A program made the translations under genes and the position numbers. From contig JAJVIC010000006.1 of NCBI GenBank assembly GCA_022072225.1, positions 73,785 to 137,784 of the forward strand: DNA of 64,000 nucleotides, given 5' to 3'. This DNA is from Bacteroidia bacterium. Its GTDB lineage: Bacteria > Bacteroidota > Bacteroidia > SXHM01. The notes under the pieces are model-generated. The model was not told the DNA's origin. It ran no database searches and saw nothing but the letters and a program-made list of their open reading frames with translations. This document shows positions 47,625 to 57,173 of the stretch, piece by piece. Positions within the stretch are counted from its first letter, which is position 1, and each line of letters opens with the position of its first letter.

Positions 47625-49065
47625 CTTTTTTTGTTTTTGATATTACTTTAGTATTAACGTCATATTTTTCCATAGTAATCACTAAATCATTTCCTGGATT
47701 AATTGCATCTGCACTTTTAAGTATTTTTCCGTTATGGGATACAATAGCAAATCCTTTTTTTAGAATATTTTTTGGACTCATTAATTTTACAATCGAAACA
47801 TAATGTCCAATGTAACCTCTTTGATTAATATAATATTTGCTTGAGAATATTTTAAGGTTGCTAATTAAATTATTAAGGTCAGAAGTCTTATTAGCTGTCA
47901 GAATTTGAGGTTTTGAAAGCAACTGATTCAATAAAGAAATTAAGTTTGTTTGTCTATTGTATAAAATAGTTTTTGTTTTATTGATGATTACTTGATTAAA
48001 ATTTGTAAGCTGATCTTTGTAATGACTGATGAAGGTTCTTGATTTATTAAGTATTATCAGATTGCAGGCGTTAAGCTTTTGTTGCGAATTACTCAATAAT
48101 TGCTGTGATTTTATTACAACAGCTTTTTGTAATAACAAAACTGAGTCTTCAAAGTCGTGATTATGTGAGATAATAAACTCTGCAGCTTTAGTGGGAGTTT
48201 TTGTACTTACACTAACCATTAAATCTACTATACTCACATCCTTATGATGACCAATACCCGTAATAATAGGTATTGGAAATTTCGCAACTGCTCTTGATAA
48301 ATTGTATGTATCAAAAACAAGAAAATCAGTTTTTGCACCACCTCCACGAATAATTACAACACACTCGTATTTTTTATTTGAGTTATAGATAGCAATAAGT
48401 TTATTAATAAGTTCTTTTTCCGCTTCTGCACCTTGAACCGAAGATTGATAAATATCTATTGAAAATTTATATCCAAACTTATTGTTACTGATAGTATGTG
48501 TGAAATCTGTATAACCTTCGGAATTAGGAGAACCAATAATTGCAATATTTTGAATAACTGTATTTAATTTAAGTTTTTTATTTGCTGTTATATATTCTTC
48601 ACCAACTTTATGTATAAAGGAAGGATTTTCTGCAACTAACTTTAGCAGTGTTTCTCGTCTTTGTTTCTCTATATTTCCCAAAGTAAACGATTGATCAATA
48701 TCATGTAGTACAAGAGAAAATCCGTACGCAGTATGAAACTCAACCTTTACTTTGACTAAAACCTGCAATCCATTTGTAAATTTTTGTGCAGTTGCATTTT
48801 CAAATAGCTTTATATTTTGTGAACCAGCAAACCAAGATACACCCCTTACTTTCGCTATCGGGTCATTTGATCCATCGACTTTTTCAATAAATTCAAAGTA
48901 GTGTCTATCTTGATTAGGATAAAATTTGTGACTCGATATCTCCGCAATAATCCAATAAAAATCTGAACCAAACGATTGTTTGATTACATCCTCTACCTTT
49001 CGGGTAAGGTCTGACAGCTTAATATATTTGATTTCTTCCAGCGGGATAAAATAAGTCCAAAAGTA
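47605..49065 (-). CDS. xseA: Exodeoxyribonuclease VII large subunit; N-terminal OB-fold region in frame but without a canonical start codon
   Basis: Catalytic region IIGSPNSEGYTDF and VVIIRGGG in the annotated ORF (47605..48768). The same frame stays open upstream through IKLSDLTRKVEDVIKQSFGSDFYWIIAEISSHKFYPNQDRHYFEF (OB fold) to a TAA at 49066..49068, with no ATG/GTG/TTG. Confidence 0.65.
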   Translation of the reverse strand, partial: YFWTYFIPLEEIKYIKLSDLTRKVEDVIKQSFGSDFYWIIAEISSHKFYPNQDRHYFEFIEKVDGSNDPIAKVRGVSWFAGSQNIKLFENATAQKFTNGLQVLVKVKVEFHTAYGFSLVLHDIDQSFTLGNIEKQRRETLLKLVAENPSFIHKVGEEYITANKKLKLNTVIQNIAIIGSPNSEGYTDFTHTISNNKFGYKFSIDIYQSSVQGAEAEKELINKLIAIYNSNKKYECVVIIRGGGAKTDFLVFDTYNLSRAVAKFPIPIITGIGHHKDVSIVDLMVSVSTKTPTKAAEFIISHNHDFEDSVLLLQKAVVIKSQQLLSNSQQKLNACNLIILNKSRTFISHYKDQLTNFNQVIINKTKTILYNRQTNLISLLNQLLSKPQILTANKTSDLNNLISNLKIFSSKYYINQRGYIGHYVSIVKLMSPKNILKKGFAIVSHNGKILKSADAINPGNDLVITMEKYDVNTKVISKTKKDGEYNL

Positions 49066-49120
49066 TTAAAATTGAACACATTACTTATAAAACCAATATG
49101 TTACGAGTTATAAATTATAA

Positions 49121-49157
49121 ATAAAAAACACCATTTCAAAAAATGAAATGGTGTTTT
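49121..49157 (-). terminator. Rho-independent terminator after element-B MTase operon
   Basis: AAAACACCATTTC-aaaaaat-GAAATGGTGTTTT hairpin followed on the minus strand by a T-run. Confidence 0.6.
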
Positions 49158-49162
49158 AGTTT

Positions 49163-49813
49163 TTATCCTAATAAATCACATCCAAGGAAATTGCGTTGTA
49201 CTTCACTTGCTGAAGTTAGCACTGAGTACCCACCGGCTGCGGGGTCAATTACTGTATCACCAACATCAGTTACTGCTTCAATTAAGCGTTTTTGTAATTC
49301 TATCGGTTTTGAATGAGCGTGATTTTTCTTTGTAATCTTTTCATTCCACACATCCGGAATGTTATGTATTTTCCAAATACCCTTTATTCTCACTGGCAGC
49401 TTCTGAAAAATAACAAGATACTCGCTTTTCTTTCGGGTTCTATATCCTAACCCAATCCGTCCCTTATCCCACGTCACAAAATCAACCAGCTTCAAATTAG
49501 TTCCGGTAACCAATGAATGAAGGCTATTTACCAGCATGTACTTGTCTACCCATAACATCATATGTCCGCTTGGTAACAGAATACGGTCAATCTCCTTGAT
49601 AAACTTTGCAATCAAATCATCGTTCATCTGAGGTAACTTGAAACGTTCTTTTAGCTTCTTTCCTTCATTCCCGTATTTCAATTGGTCAAACAACCCGCGA
49701 TACTGCGGGTCAAAAAAGACAAGCTTAATACTTTCCTTCGCAAGCTGCGAAAGCAGTTTCAAGCCATCCATTTTGTTTCTCGTATTGAGTTTTAATCGTG
49801 GGTTGTTTGACAC
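49163..49813 (-). CDS. Beta-class DNA methyltransferase (PF01555-like), DPQY motif
   Basis: Paralogue of 6306..6956 with the same motifs. Confidence 0.7.
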   Translation of the reverse strand: MSNNPRLKLNTRNKMDGLKLLSQLAKESIKLVFFDPQYRGLFDQLKYGNEGKKLKERFKLPQMNDDLIAKFIKEIDRILLPSGHMMLWVDKYMLVNSLHSLVTGTNLKLVDFVTWDKGRIGLGYRTRKKSEYLVIFQKLPVRIKGIWKIHNIPDVWNEKITKKNHAHSKPIELQKRLIEAVTDVGDTVIDPAAGGYSVLTSASEVQRNFLGCDLLG

Positions 49814-49834
49814 AAATGTTCATGGTGATTACTT

Positions 49835-50371
49835 TTAAACCTGTCCGTTATCTGCCATAGAATAATATCCTTCGGAAGTGAGAATGAGGTGATCAACGAT
49901 GTTAATACCAATCGCTTTTCCAAACGTGTGAAGATTTGCAGTCAATGAAATATCCTGGGATGAGGGCTGCAAATTTCCACTCGGGTGGTTGTGACACAGA
50001 ATGACATTGGTTGCATTCGTCAGTAATGCCAATTGGAAAATTTCTTTTGTATTCACTCCGGTTCCAACTGTGGACCCAACTGAGATTTCTGCTATACCCA
50101 ACACTTGCTGCGCCTGGGAAAGAACCATAACAAGGAAAAATTCTTTGTAGTCAATTCTTTTTTCATCAATGAAGGCGCGAAAGACAGGTTCGGCTTCACT
50201 GGATTTAACCACCTTGACCATTTCTGAAAGAACGGGGCGGGTATAATGTATTTGGATTTCGTTAATAATGTGTTTCATGTTTTTTGATTTTGGTGAATGA
50301 AATTTTGAGACGGCATTTAGTGCCGATTGTGTTTGATGGAAAAAATGAAAGTCACTCATGGTGACTTTCAT
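49835..50371 (-). CDS. RadC-like JAB domain protein
   Basis: HNHPSGNLQPSSQDISLT. Confidence 0.8.
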   Translation of the reverse strand: MKVTMSDFHFFHQTQSALNAVSKFHSPKSKNMKHIINEIQIHYTRPVLSEMVKVVKSSEAEPVFRAFIDEKRIDYKEFFLVMVLSQAQQVLGIAEISVGSTVGTGVNTKEIFQLALLTNATNVILCHNHPSGNLQPSSQDISLTANLHTFGKAIGINIVDHLILTSEGYYSMADNGQV

Positions 50372-50372
50372 T

Positions 50373-51155
50373 TCAAAATAATTGCAGTTGGGATGGAGGT
50401 AGTGGTTTTTCCTCTGTTTTTCTTTCTTCCGAAGGAAGTTGAAGTTTCATTTCCTGAAACTGTGCTTGCTGCGATAGCCAAATACTCGATGCTTCTTTTT
50501 CAATCTTGAATATTCCTAATGGGAAAATTGAAATTTTGTAGCCAAAGCGGAAATCATTTCGGGCTAGTGCATCTGCACAAATGACTTCGCCTCGAAGACT
50601 ATTGAGGAATAGATTGATTGCCGTTATCTTCACACAGCGCGGATCAATATCTATCCCATAATAGCTATGCATACACTTGCTTTCTTTCGCAAATGCTAAA
50701 AGCATTCTGCCGCTTCCACAGGATGGGTCCAACACATTTGCAGACTTTGTTTCTTCACCGCGTACCATTTCTGCCATCATCTGGCACACATGAAAAGGGG
50801 TAAAGAACTGCCCGTTTCTGCCGTGACTTAATTCCTGTTCAAAGAAAGTTCCCAATAAATCATTGCCTTGGGAATTGTCCTTGTTTTCTTCCATGTAGAG
50901 AATGAGTTCAGCAAATAGCTCAGGGAAGTATTTCAGTGTCCCTAACGCTTTATATGGCTCTATAACGCGCATATACTCGTCCTCGTAGTAGGATAGCCCG
51001 TTCTCAGGATTACGGGTAAGGCATGCAATGCAGATAGTGAGAAAATCATCGAATACCTGCTCGTAGCTGCTCCCGTATGCAGCTTTGTCAAAAACTGCTT
51101 TGAATGATTGTAAAGTGCGGATACCGGTTTTGGTTTCCTTGGATGTTGTTTTCAT
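50373..51155 (-). CDS. Gamma-class N6-MTase-like protein lacking NPPF
   Basis: GQFFTP, VLDPSCGSGRML. Same degenerate SIFPLG region as copy A. Confidence 0.6.
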   Translation of the reverse strand: MKTTSKETKTGIRTLQSFKAVFDKAAYGSSYEQVFDDFLTICIACLTRNPENGLSYYEDEYMRVIEPYKALGTLKYFPELFAELILYMEENKDNSQGNDLLGTFFEQELSHGRNGQFFTPFHVCQMMAEMVRGEETKSANVLDPSCGSGRMLLAFAKESKCMHSYYGIDIDPRCVKITAINLFLNSLRGEVICADALARNDFRFGYKISIFPLGIFKIEKEASSIWLSQQAQFQEMKLQLPSEERKTEEKPLPPSQLQLF

Positions 51156-51233
51156 GGCTCTTTGATTTTGTAATGAACTATTTTCAAAGAGTATAGACCT
51201 GATAACAAACAGTAAACAGAAGTCAAAATATGC

Positions 51234-52397
51234 CTAATAGGCAATTGTGGTAGCACTGAAAGGTCGTGAGGGTGTGCCGTCAATCATGAGGGTTAAGTAA
51301 ATATGGTAGTTGGGTAAATTCACAAAATCTTCAACGGAAAAGGTTGGGTACATCTTCTGCGCCATGACTGATGCATCTGCGGTATCAACACGAAATGAAA
51401 TATGCGTACCGACATTTCCCAACACCGCATTCAAAATATCCTGTTGCAACTGCTTCATGTATTGATGTGCGAGAATCATCCCCACCTTATATTTTCTTAA
51501 TTCGGAAAGCATATTCACCAATGAAAGTGTGCTGAAATTTTGGAATTCATCGAGATAAATAAAGAAAGGAACGCGATTTTCTTCTTGCACTGTTACGCGG
51601 GAAAATGCTGCTGAAGAAAGTGACGTAAGTAAAAGGGCTCCTAAGATTTGGCACACATCTTCCCCAATTGCACCTTTTGACAGGTTTACCAATAGTATCT
51701 TTTTTTCATCCATTATTTTCCGCAGAGATATTTCTTCTGTATTTTCAATGATGACACGCTTAATAGCTGGGTATGCAAGTAGTCCACCTATTTTGTTTAA
51801 TACAGGAAGCACATCGTTATACATATATCGAGGAAACTCTTTTTTCCAAAATGTCTTTACATCTTCATTCACTACATTTTCTAATACTTCATTGCGAAAA
51901 GATTTATCATATATCATCTTATTAATGTCCGACATTTTTGCGCTTGGCTGGTCTAATAATGCTAAGAGCGTAAAGCGAAGAATATGCTCAAGCTTAACAC
52001 CCCAAGCAGTTGACCAAAGCTTTTTAAAGACTTCGATAATGCTTGAAGCAATTAAGGAACGTTTTTCATATGACACTTTCCGAAGTGGGTTATATGCAAA
52101 CGGTTGTTTTGGGTCTGTGATGTCCATATAAATAACATCTCCTTTTCTGTGTTCAGGAATACGTTCCTTTATTTCACTGACTAAATCACCGTGCGGGTCA
52201 AGCAAACAAACACCATTGCCATTTTTTAGGTCGTGAAGAATTTTGGTTTTAAGTAAAGTTGTTTTACCTGTTCCTGTTTTTCCAATGATGTAGGTATGCA
52301 AAAGCCTGTCGGCTTGTTTAATGCCGAACAGCGTTCCTTTATTTCGCCAGCTTACACGGGCGAAATAGAGTATGGCTTTGTTTTGAAATTCATTCAC
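51234..52397 (-). CDS. Soluble TraD/HerA-like ATPase
   Basis: GKTGTGKTT, Walker B FFIYLDEFQNF. Paralogue of 8377..9540. Confidence 0.65.
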   Translation of the reverse strand: MNEFQNKAILYFARVSWRNKGTLFGIKQADRLLHTYIIGKTGTGKTTLLKTKILHDLKNGNGVCLLDPHGDLVSEIKERIPEHRKGDVIYMDITDPKQPFAYNPLRKVSYEKRSLIASSIIEVFKKLWSTAWGVKLEHILRFTLLALLDQPSAKMSDINKMIYDKSFRNEVLENVVNEDVKTFWKKEFPRYMYNDVLPVLNKIGGLLAYPAIKRVIIENTEEISLRKIMDEKKILLVNLSKGAIGEDVCQILGALLLTSLSSAAFSRVTVQEENRVPFFIYLDEFQNFSTLSLVNMLSELRKYKVGMILAHQYMKQLQQDILNAVLGNVGTHISFRVDTADASVMAQKMYPTFSVEDFVNLPNYHIYLTLMIDGTPSRPFSATTIAY

Positions 52398-52465
52398 TAC
52401 TCCATTATCCTAAACTGGAGAAATGGAAATAGAATGCAATTTTTGCCAAATGTGATAGGATTAAA

Positions 52466-54193
52466 TTACTCTGAAATATTCTTCTCAGACTGAAGTTTGT
52501 CAATCAGGCAAGTTCGAAGCTGTTGAAGCTTCTCCCGCAGAATGGAAATTGATACCCAATAACAACTTTTCTGACTATACAACATATGGTCGGTTTCAGG
52601 TTCGAAGCACTTCTTTTTTGCCTGATAAACAACTTCACACTCTTTAATTATCTGATAGCACTTTCGCGTTGTATATTCAAGCTTTTTATCTTTTATTTTT
52701 AGGTTCGAAGCAAATTCAGAAGCAATATTTTTTTTCTTGATTTCTTCAGCTTTTAGAAATTTATCTACTGCAAGTACAGCAAACCGAAAATGTTCCTGCG
52801 CGGCTTTTTTCCAGTTTAGGCTACAATCTTTTTGAAATTTTAACTCCTGTTGAATGCTCACAATCTCGGTTTCCGATTTTTGTCGTAATGCGCGAAATTC
52901 TTCACCAGTAATCTCATTATCTGCTCTCATTTTAACCAAACCTTCTAATCGGTTTTCTAATTCAGTTTTTCGTTTTTCAAGCTGTGTTAATTGAATAGAA
53001 TGAGAATTATTCACTTCGTCAAAATGAGCTAATTCCTGTAACACATATTCGTAGAATTCCTGATTAATAGAAATTGCTGCAAGTCCTTTTTTTATTTCAT
53101 TTTCAATATGAATATCTGAAACGCACCCCTCTGTACAATCTCCATGATTTTTTGTACACCGATAATACACTTTATCAATTATCGTTGGTTTTGCTGGCAT
53201 ATCACGTAAATCAGTTTTACAGCTTGGACATATAGTATTTGTTATGATTGAAAACTTGTATTTGCAATTTGTACAGATTGCTTGAAGTTTGCGTTCGGCA
53301 GTTACGAACCCGCCACAACCACCACAGGAAATAAGTCCACGATAGGGATAGATATATGTGGTTTGTCGTGTTGGATTTCCATAACCTCTTAAAATTCGTT
53401 GGACTTTTTCAAATTCTTGTACGCTTACCATTTTTTTGTGCTTGCCTTCATGTTTTAGAAGTTCTCCATTTTCATCTTTGGTATAGAAAAAGCCGCAATA
53501 GAACTCATTCGTAAATAGCCGATGGTAGGTGTTGTGAGAAAGAGTATTTCCTGCGGAATTATGTAACCCCATTTTATTTCCTTCTCGTCTTATTGAAGCC
53601 ACGGAATAGTTGCCGGTAAGCATCTTTCTCCAAAGACTTTTTACAAGATTGAAGGTTTTTGAAGTTGGTACAATTTCATCATCGATGCCCAGCCGATAGC
53701 CTGTATTGTGTTTATATCCTATGGGCATATGTTGACTTCCATACCACCCGCGTTCGGCTTTCCGTCTAAGTCCTCGTTTAACATCAACGCTTAAATCCTT
53801 AATGTATTGGTTAGCCATACCAAATTCGACCTGCATCATTAAAACGTTATCAGAGGGCTTATAATCCCTTCCATAGGTCTGTATATGTTTAATGGTATTT
53901 TGTTGCAGTAGCCAACTAATTTGACCTCCATCTACCGGATTACGTGCTAACCTGTTTAATTTCCAGCATAAAATTCCTTGAGCTTCTCCCTTGTGAATAC
54001 GTTTTAGCATAGTATTGAAACCTATTCTTCCTGGCTCCTTCGCGGATTTGGCTTCTGAAATAGTGTCAACTATTTCTAATTTGGAATCCTTAGCCAATTG
54101 TAGCATCTCTGCAATCTGGTCTTCAATTGAAGCCATTTGCTTGTCTTCTGATTCGGTTGATTTTCGGGCATAAATAAAATATTTGATGGTCAT
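52466..54193 (-). CDS. Large serine recombinase
   Basis: FIYARKSTESEDKQMASIEDQ, CWKLNRLARN, zinc ribbon CGGCGG...CTNCK...CPSC. Confidence 0.85.
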   Translation of the reverse strand: MTIKYFIYARKSTESEDKQMASIEDQIAEMLQLAKDSKLEIVDTISEAKSAKEPGRIGFNTMLKRIHKGEAQGILCWKLNRLARNPVDGGQISWLLQQNTIKHIQTYGRDYKPSDNVLMMQVEFGMANQYIKDLSVDVKRGLRRKAERGWYGSQHMPIGYKHNTGYRLGIDDEIVPTSKTFNLVKSLWRKMLTGNYSVASIRREGNKMGLHNSAGNTLSHNTYHRLFTNEFYCGFFYTKDENGELLKHEGKHKKMVSVQEFEKVQRILRGYGNPTRQTTYIYPYRGLISCGGCGGFVTAERKLQAICTNCKYKFSIITNTICPSCKTDLRDMPAKPTIIDKVYYRCTKNHGDCTEGCVSDIHIENEIKKGLAAISINQEFYEYVLQELAHFDEVNNSHSIQLTQLEKRKTELENRLEGLVKMRADNEITGEEFRALRQKSETEIVSIQQELKFQKDCSLNWKKAAQEHFRFAVLAVDKFLKAEEIKKKNIASEFASNLKIKDKKLEYTTRKCYQIIKECEVVYQAKKKCFEPETDHMLYSQKSCYWVSISILREKLQQLRTCLIDKLQSEKNISE

Positions 54194-54459
54194 AAAATAT
54201 TGTCCTTCGCATAATGCGGTTGTGTTACAAAATCATCCTGACTCGCTTTTAGCGAAGAGTCAAGTGAGCTATCTCGGCTTTCAGGATAATCACAGAATAC
54301 AGGATTATCCTCTATGATTTCCGCAATAAATCGCATCAGGTGCAATGCCTCTGTATGTGCCTGCTCGCTTGAAAGTTCTTCACCGAAATATTTTTTATGC
54401 AACTCCTGATACTTGGCGATTTGTTCCTCTGTTAATGAAGTTGGTTTAAAAATTGGCAT
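54190..54459 (-). CDS. Small hypothetical protein (89 aa) coupled to recombinase
   Basis: 4-nt overlap with recombinase start. N-terminus homologous to 11397..11579. Confidence 0.4.
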   Translation of the reverse strand: MPIFKPTSLTEEQIAKYQELHKKYFGEELSSEQAHTEALHLMRFIAEIIEDNPVFCDYPESRDSSLDSSLKASQDDFVTQPHYAKDNIL

Positions 54460-54570
54460 TCATAAACTGTAGCGGCATATACTTTCAAAAAACAGAAGCA
54501 AAAAATTGCCAATTGAAGAGTCAAATAATCGCTTCTGTTTATTCTTTTTTCATCCAAGGATAATTGCTGG

Positions 54571-55071
54571 ATGGATTATAAATACACAACTCATGTCCCC
54601 AATGAGCTTTTTGATAAACATTTGCCACACCTCACGTTTGCAGAACTTAAAATCTTGCTAATTATCATTCGTCAAACGCAAGGCTGGGTAGATCCCAAAA
54701 CAGGCAAGCGAAAAGTGCGGGATAGGATTTCAAGAACAATGTTTATGTCTAAAACTAATCTTTCCAGACGGGTCATTTCACATACCATTCAATCCCTCGT
54801 TACGAAGGAACTAATTACAGTAACTGACTATACTGGCGCTGAGCTTACTGCACCTCATGAACGCAAAGGACAATTTCTATATTACTCATTGTATAGCCCA
54901 ATACAGGGGCATTTAGAGACACCTGCAAGGGCATTACCGTTACCTACTCCAGGGCATCTAGTGAACCATATCAAAAGAAAAAATAAAAAAGAAAATAGAA
55001 CAAAAGAAACCGTTCAATCCATCGGAAATATTTTAGAAAAAATGTATAAAAAGTATTTCCATAAAAAGTAA
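54571..55071 (+). CDS. Winged-helix Rep-like protein
   Basis: Paralogue of 11692..12192. Confidence 0.45.
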   Translation: MDYKYTTHVPNELFDKHLPHLTFAELKILLIIIRQTQGWVDPKTGKRKVRDRISRTMFMSKTNLSRRVISHTIQSLVTKELITVTDYTGAELTAPHERKGQFLYYSLYSPIQGHLETPARALPLPTPGHLVNHIKRKNKKENRTKETVQSIGNILEKMYKKYFHKK

Positions 55072-55090
55072 TTGGTTGTTGAAAATCTGT

Positions 55091-55134
55091 CCGCAGGTGT
55101 GCCCCCTAAAAAAGCACACCTGCGGTTTCGTTTC
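55091..55134 (+). terminator. Rho-independent terminator
   Basis: CCGCAGGTGTGC-cccctaaaaaa-GCACACCTGCGG then TTTCGTTTC. Confidence 0.65.
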
Positions 55135-55299
55135 TCAAATAAACCGATTGCGTGTTTTTACTGCACACAATTTCCCCACGAAATGAACGGACTTGTTACC
55201 AAACGGTAAGTAACCGCGAAAAAAATTTGCCAAAGTGGCATATTCTGTATTCTGTTTTTCCTTAAGTCGGTTTCGTATCATTTACTTATTACAAAGTAA

Positions 55300-55674
55300 T
55301 TGAAAATCATTTTTATGAAACATAATGTGAACTATTTGCGAACCTATCGCAAGCAAACAGAGATAACGCAAGCCGACATGGCTTTTTTATTACACAAGGA
55401 AGATAACTCAAATCTTTCACGGTGTGAGAAAGGAAAACGTGCGCCCAGTGTCCATATGATCATTGTGTACAGCTTACTATTTAACACTCCGGTGATTTCA
55501 TTTTTCACCAATCAACGGGACCTGATTAAACAACGGCTTATTGACCGCATACAAGAACTGATTGAGCAATTAAAAACAGAAGACCCAACCGAAAATATTA
55601 TATCTCGAATTGATTATTTGCAAAAGGCGCTTATTAGACTAACCGAAGAAAAAACATATGAAAAACAACAATAG
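55300..55674 (+). CDS. HTH (XRE-like) regulator
   Basis: Paralogue of 12422..12793. Confidence 0.55.
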   Translation: MKIIFMKHNVNYLRTYRKQTEITQADMAFLLHKEDNSNLSRCEKGKRAPSVHMIIVYSLLFNTPVISFFTNQRDLIKQRLIDRIQELIEQLKTEDPTENIISRIDYLQKALIRLTEEKTYEKQQ

Positions 55675-56155
55675 AGAAATGGTTCTTGCACTATATCCTA
55701 ATCGGCAAGGGTTCGGGTATGCGTTCTTGGAAAAGCTGACCGAACCAAGGGATTGCGGAGTTGTTACAATTCGCCCTATCAGTAATCACAAGTGTTTGGA
55801 GCGAATAAAAAAATTCATCGAATATTACCAGCCAACTCTTATCATTCTTGAAGACCCTGAAGGTAAAACTTCATGGAAAAGTTTGCGTGTGAAAAAATTG
55901 ATATACAGCATTACAGATTTTTGCCAACTCAACAACATTACTGTAAAAAAGTACTCTCGTGAACAAATACGATTCGTGTTTTCGGAATTTAATGTAAAAT
56001 CAAAGTATGAGATAGCTGCACAGATAATAAAGTGGCTACCACAGTTCAAAAACAAAATGCCCGAAGTACGAAAGCCTTGGATGTGTCAGGATTATAACAT
56101 GGTGTTGTTTGATGCGCTTTCACTTGCTATTACTCATTTTTATCTGACAGAATAA
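55658..56155 (+). CDS. Hypothetical protein (165 aa)
   Basis: Paralogue of 12777..13274. Confidence 0.45.
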   Translation: MKNNNREMVLALYPNRQGFGYAFLEKLTEPRDCGVVTIRPISNHKCLERIKKFIEYYQPTLIILEDPEGKTSWKSLRVKKLIYSITDFCQLNNITVKKYSREQIRFVFSEFNVKSKYEIAAQIIKWLPQFKNKMPEVRKPWMCQDYNMVLFDALSLAITHFYLTE

Positions 56156-56163
56156 AGAAACTA

Positions 56164-57165
56164 CTATGCTCTTTTGGCTATTCGTTCACCAGGATGCCAT
56201 GCTTGCGGGTGAAATTTAGATTCTTTAAATGTAATTAAAGCCTCATCAATCAACAAACGTAATTGAGGATCATTTGTGTTGATATAAGGTCTTAAGTCCA
56301 GTAAATTATCCTCTCTGTAAAGGCATCTTTGTAACTTTCCATCTGCTGTCAGGCGTAAGGCCATTATGCCATCCTGGCAAGGAAATAGTGGGCAGTTATT
56401 GCAGGTATCGCCATAATGATTGCCAACAGTTGAGTCTTTAACAGAAATTTTAGCTCCATTTTTCATGGTAAACGTTGGCATGGGTATACCTAACCCTCCT
56501 GCCTGAGTTTCTATTTCTTCATGAATAGCAAACTTCCGTAATTGTGGAAATACCTCCGTCAGATTCATAAAGAATGCATTTTCTGTATCTTCTATAAACT
56601 GTTTTGGCAATTGCATATAATCAAGCAATTTCCAGTCAATATTATTTAATGTTGAAATAAAATTTATAAAATCTACGATTTCATTATCATTAATATCCTT
56701 CATCACAACAGTATTAAGCTTTACCGGTAAACCTATCTCATTGCAAACCTTAATGCCTGCTAATAGTTTATCTAATAAATCAACCTTGGTTATTTCTTTT
56801 AGCTTATCCTTATTCAGGGAATCCAAACTAATAGTAACTGAATCGATGCCTGCTTCTTTCAGGAGTGGCGCTTGTTCGCTTAATTTTAAGCTCCTGGTAA
56901 CAATTGAAATATCTTTAACACCATCCATTTCATTGACAGCTTTTATCATCTTGTAGATGTCTTTATGAAGCATTGGTTCACCTCCAGTAAACCTAATAGA
57001 AGTAACACCAGCTTTTACAATTTCTCCCATGAGAAAAATGAAATCGTTGGCAGATAGTTTGGCTTCCTTTTCAATTGATGCGCAACCTTCGCCTTCTGGG
57101 CGGCAATAGAAGCATTTTTTGTCACAAATTTCTGTTACGCATACTCTTAAATGTGGGATTTTCAT
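56164..57165 (-). CDS. Radical SAM protein with C-terminal SPASM/twitch-like Cys cluster
   Basis: CVTEICDKKCFYC (CxxxCxxC). C-terminal DTCNNCPLFPCQDG...LQRC. Confidence 0.75.
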   Translation of the reverse strand: MKIPHLRVCVTEICDKKCFYCRPEGEGCASIEKEAKLSANDFIFLMGEIVKAGVTSIRFTGGEPMLHKDIYKMIKAVNEMDGVKDISIVTRSLKLSEQAPLLKEAGIDSVTISLDSLNKDKLKEITKVDLLDKLLAGIKVCNEIGLPVKLNTVVMKDINDNEIVDFINFISTLNNIDWKLLDYMQLPKQFIEDTENAFFMNLTEVFPQLRKFAIHEEIETQAGGLGIPMPTFTMKNGAKISVKDSTVGNHYGDTCNNCPLFPCQDGIMALRLTADGKLQRCLYREDNLLDLRPYINTNDPQLRLLIDEALITFKESKFHPQAWHPGERIAKRA

Positions 57166-57173
57166 GTTGTTGA

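Larger units (their letters stand above)
49160..56160. mobile_element. ~7-kb serine-recombinase integrative element, copy B
   Basis: Same nine-gene order as 6300..13280 with ~85-95% aa identity. Flanks are unrelated (xseA on one side, radical-SAM gene on the other). Confidence 0.65.
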
